From IMG/VR virus record IMGVR_UViG_3300035696_000004, positions 1 through 64,000 of that record: a DNA stretch of 64,000 bases; one strand, written 5' to 3'. Each line of letters opens with the position of its first letter. Within the stretch, counting starts at the first letter, position 1. The notes under the pieces were generated by a model. That model worked only from the letters and a program-made list of their open reading frames with translations. It was not told where the DNA came from and ran no database searches. A program made the translations under genes and the position numbers. Positions 63,257 to 64,000 of the stretch are shown one piece after another. This DNA is from a virus (taxonomy: Duplodnaviria; Caudoviricetes).

Positions 63257-64000
63257 GTTTGCTTCATATGGCGTTAGAGGCTGAAGAACTGACGATCGTC
63301 GAAGAATGCCCTATCACGGATGAACACATCAGTGAAGTTTCGGCAATTCTGCATCAATCAGAAGCTCTGGAGGCACTTCGAGATCGACTTCTTCAAAGAC
63401 AAACGTTGGAAAAATCGGTGGCACTCGAGTCGTATAGACTGCTCGGCAACGAAACTGTCGTCGACGCGTTTTACACGGGCGATCAATCACAATCGTACCG
63501 TGTCGCCCTTGAAGGTATTGTCGGTGGAATTATGTCGGCAGTGACGGGCGCTATCTCGAAAGTCATCGAGCTGATAGGCCGATTCATCAGCTGGGTTTTC
63601 GGTGGCAGCGGTAGTAACGGGGATGGGGTTTCGTCGTCGTCGGCGGCTAGCCAGGTAACTCCAGCGGAATGGAAAGCTGCTGAAAAGAGTCTTCAAGACG
63701 TCAATCGAGCTACTCCCAAAAACACAATCGTTGGAGCGGGCCCTGAAGAAACCTCTCGGCGTGATGCTGCTTTCGCAAAAGCAGCAAAACCCGCGGAACA
63801 AACCAAAAAGAAAGCGGAGGATTTAACCGCCGAGTTAAAATCCAACAAGGAAAAATTCTATCGTAGTCTCGCGGCACATGAAGTTTGGTTGGGATATAAG
63901 ACGGGGTCTGAATACCCAGCGCAAATAATCGGTGCGTTGAAAAAACCAAATATCTTCAAACGCCCCCTCGACACGATTGTTTCTGACTTTATCAAAAGCA
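63253..64000 (+). CDS. Internal head/ejection protein paralog; runs off the right edge
   Basis: Hand-translated: ATGA overlap with the previous stop, no stop before 64000. MSLLHMALEAEE...EALEA...VALES...VALEGIVGGIMSAVTGAISKVIELIGRFISWVFGG. Confidence 0.75.
   Translation, partial: MSLLHMALEAEELTIVEECPITDEHISEVSAILHQSEALEALRDRLLQRQTLEKSVALESYRLLGNETVVDAFYTGDQSQSYRVALEGIVGGIMSAVTGAISKVIELIGRFISWVFGGSGSNGDGVSSSSAASQVTPAEWKAAEKSLQDVNRATPKNTIVGAGPEETSRRDAAFAKAAKPAEQTKKKAEDLTAELKSNKEKFYRSLAAHEVWLGYKTGSEYPAQIIGALKKPNIFKRPLDTIVSDFIKS

Noticed and set aside
1-64000. Stop-codon recoding, introns or inteins in RNAP, DnaB, UvsX, portal or MCP
   Set aside because: Core genes are uninterrupted at expected sizes in the standard code; no intein or intron signatures seen.

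Overview
64 kb of a phiKZ-related jumbo phage genome (Chimalliviridae-like). It is about 50% GC, very gene-dense and reads in the standard genetic code. I saw no tRNA, rRNA or CRISPR. Family assignments come from recognised motifs and gene order, not database searches. From left to right: virion RNA polymerase beta-N (runs off the left edge) and beta'-N (catalytic motif DHDGD); a 2208-aa tape-measure/lytic transglycosylase; a gp182-like baseplate protein; a block of small genes (NADAR-like, HAD-like, vRNAP beta-C, SLOG, GNAT); UvsX; RNase H; a membrane/lipoprotein pair; tail and baseplate genes with a central spike; SbcC/Rad50; an 838-aa orphan; two tail fibres; a CYTH enzyme; an i-/o-spanin pair; RuvC; portal; a catalytically degenerate NUMOD4-HNH; non-virion RNAP beta-N; major capsid protein; DnaB; a protein with two tail-tube-like domains; and ALE-motif head/ejection proteins. 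The most notable items are: (1) a family of at least 10 intergenic GC hairpins followed, on the transcribed strand, by TATG rather than a U-tract, a possible phage-RNAP-specific terminator or processing signal; (2) a tandem tail-tube-fold gene next to DnaB; (3) a CYTH enzyme with an N-terminal prohead-protease-type ALE site; (4) an unannotated 25-aa membrane peptide; (5) two spanin-like gene pairs; and (6) a repeated early-promoter motif. The nuclear-shell gene is not in this window, so nucleus formation is inferred only from family membership.
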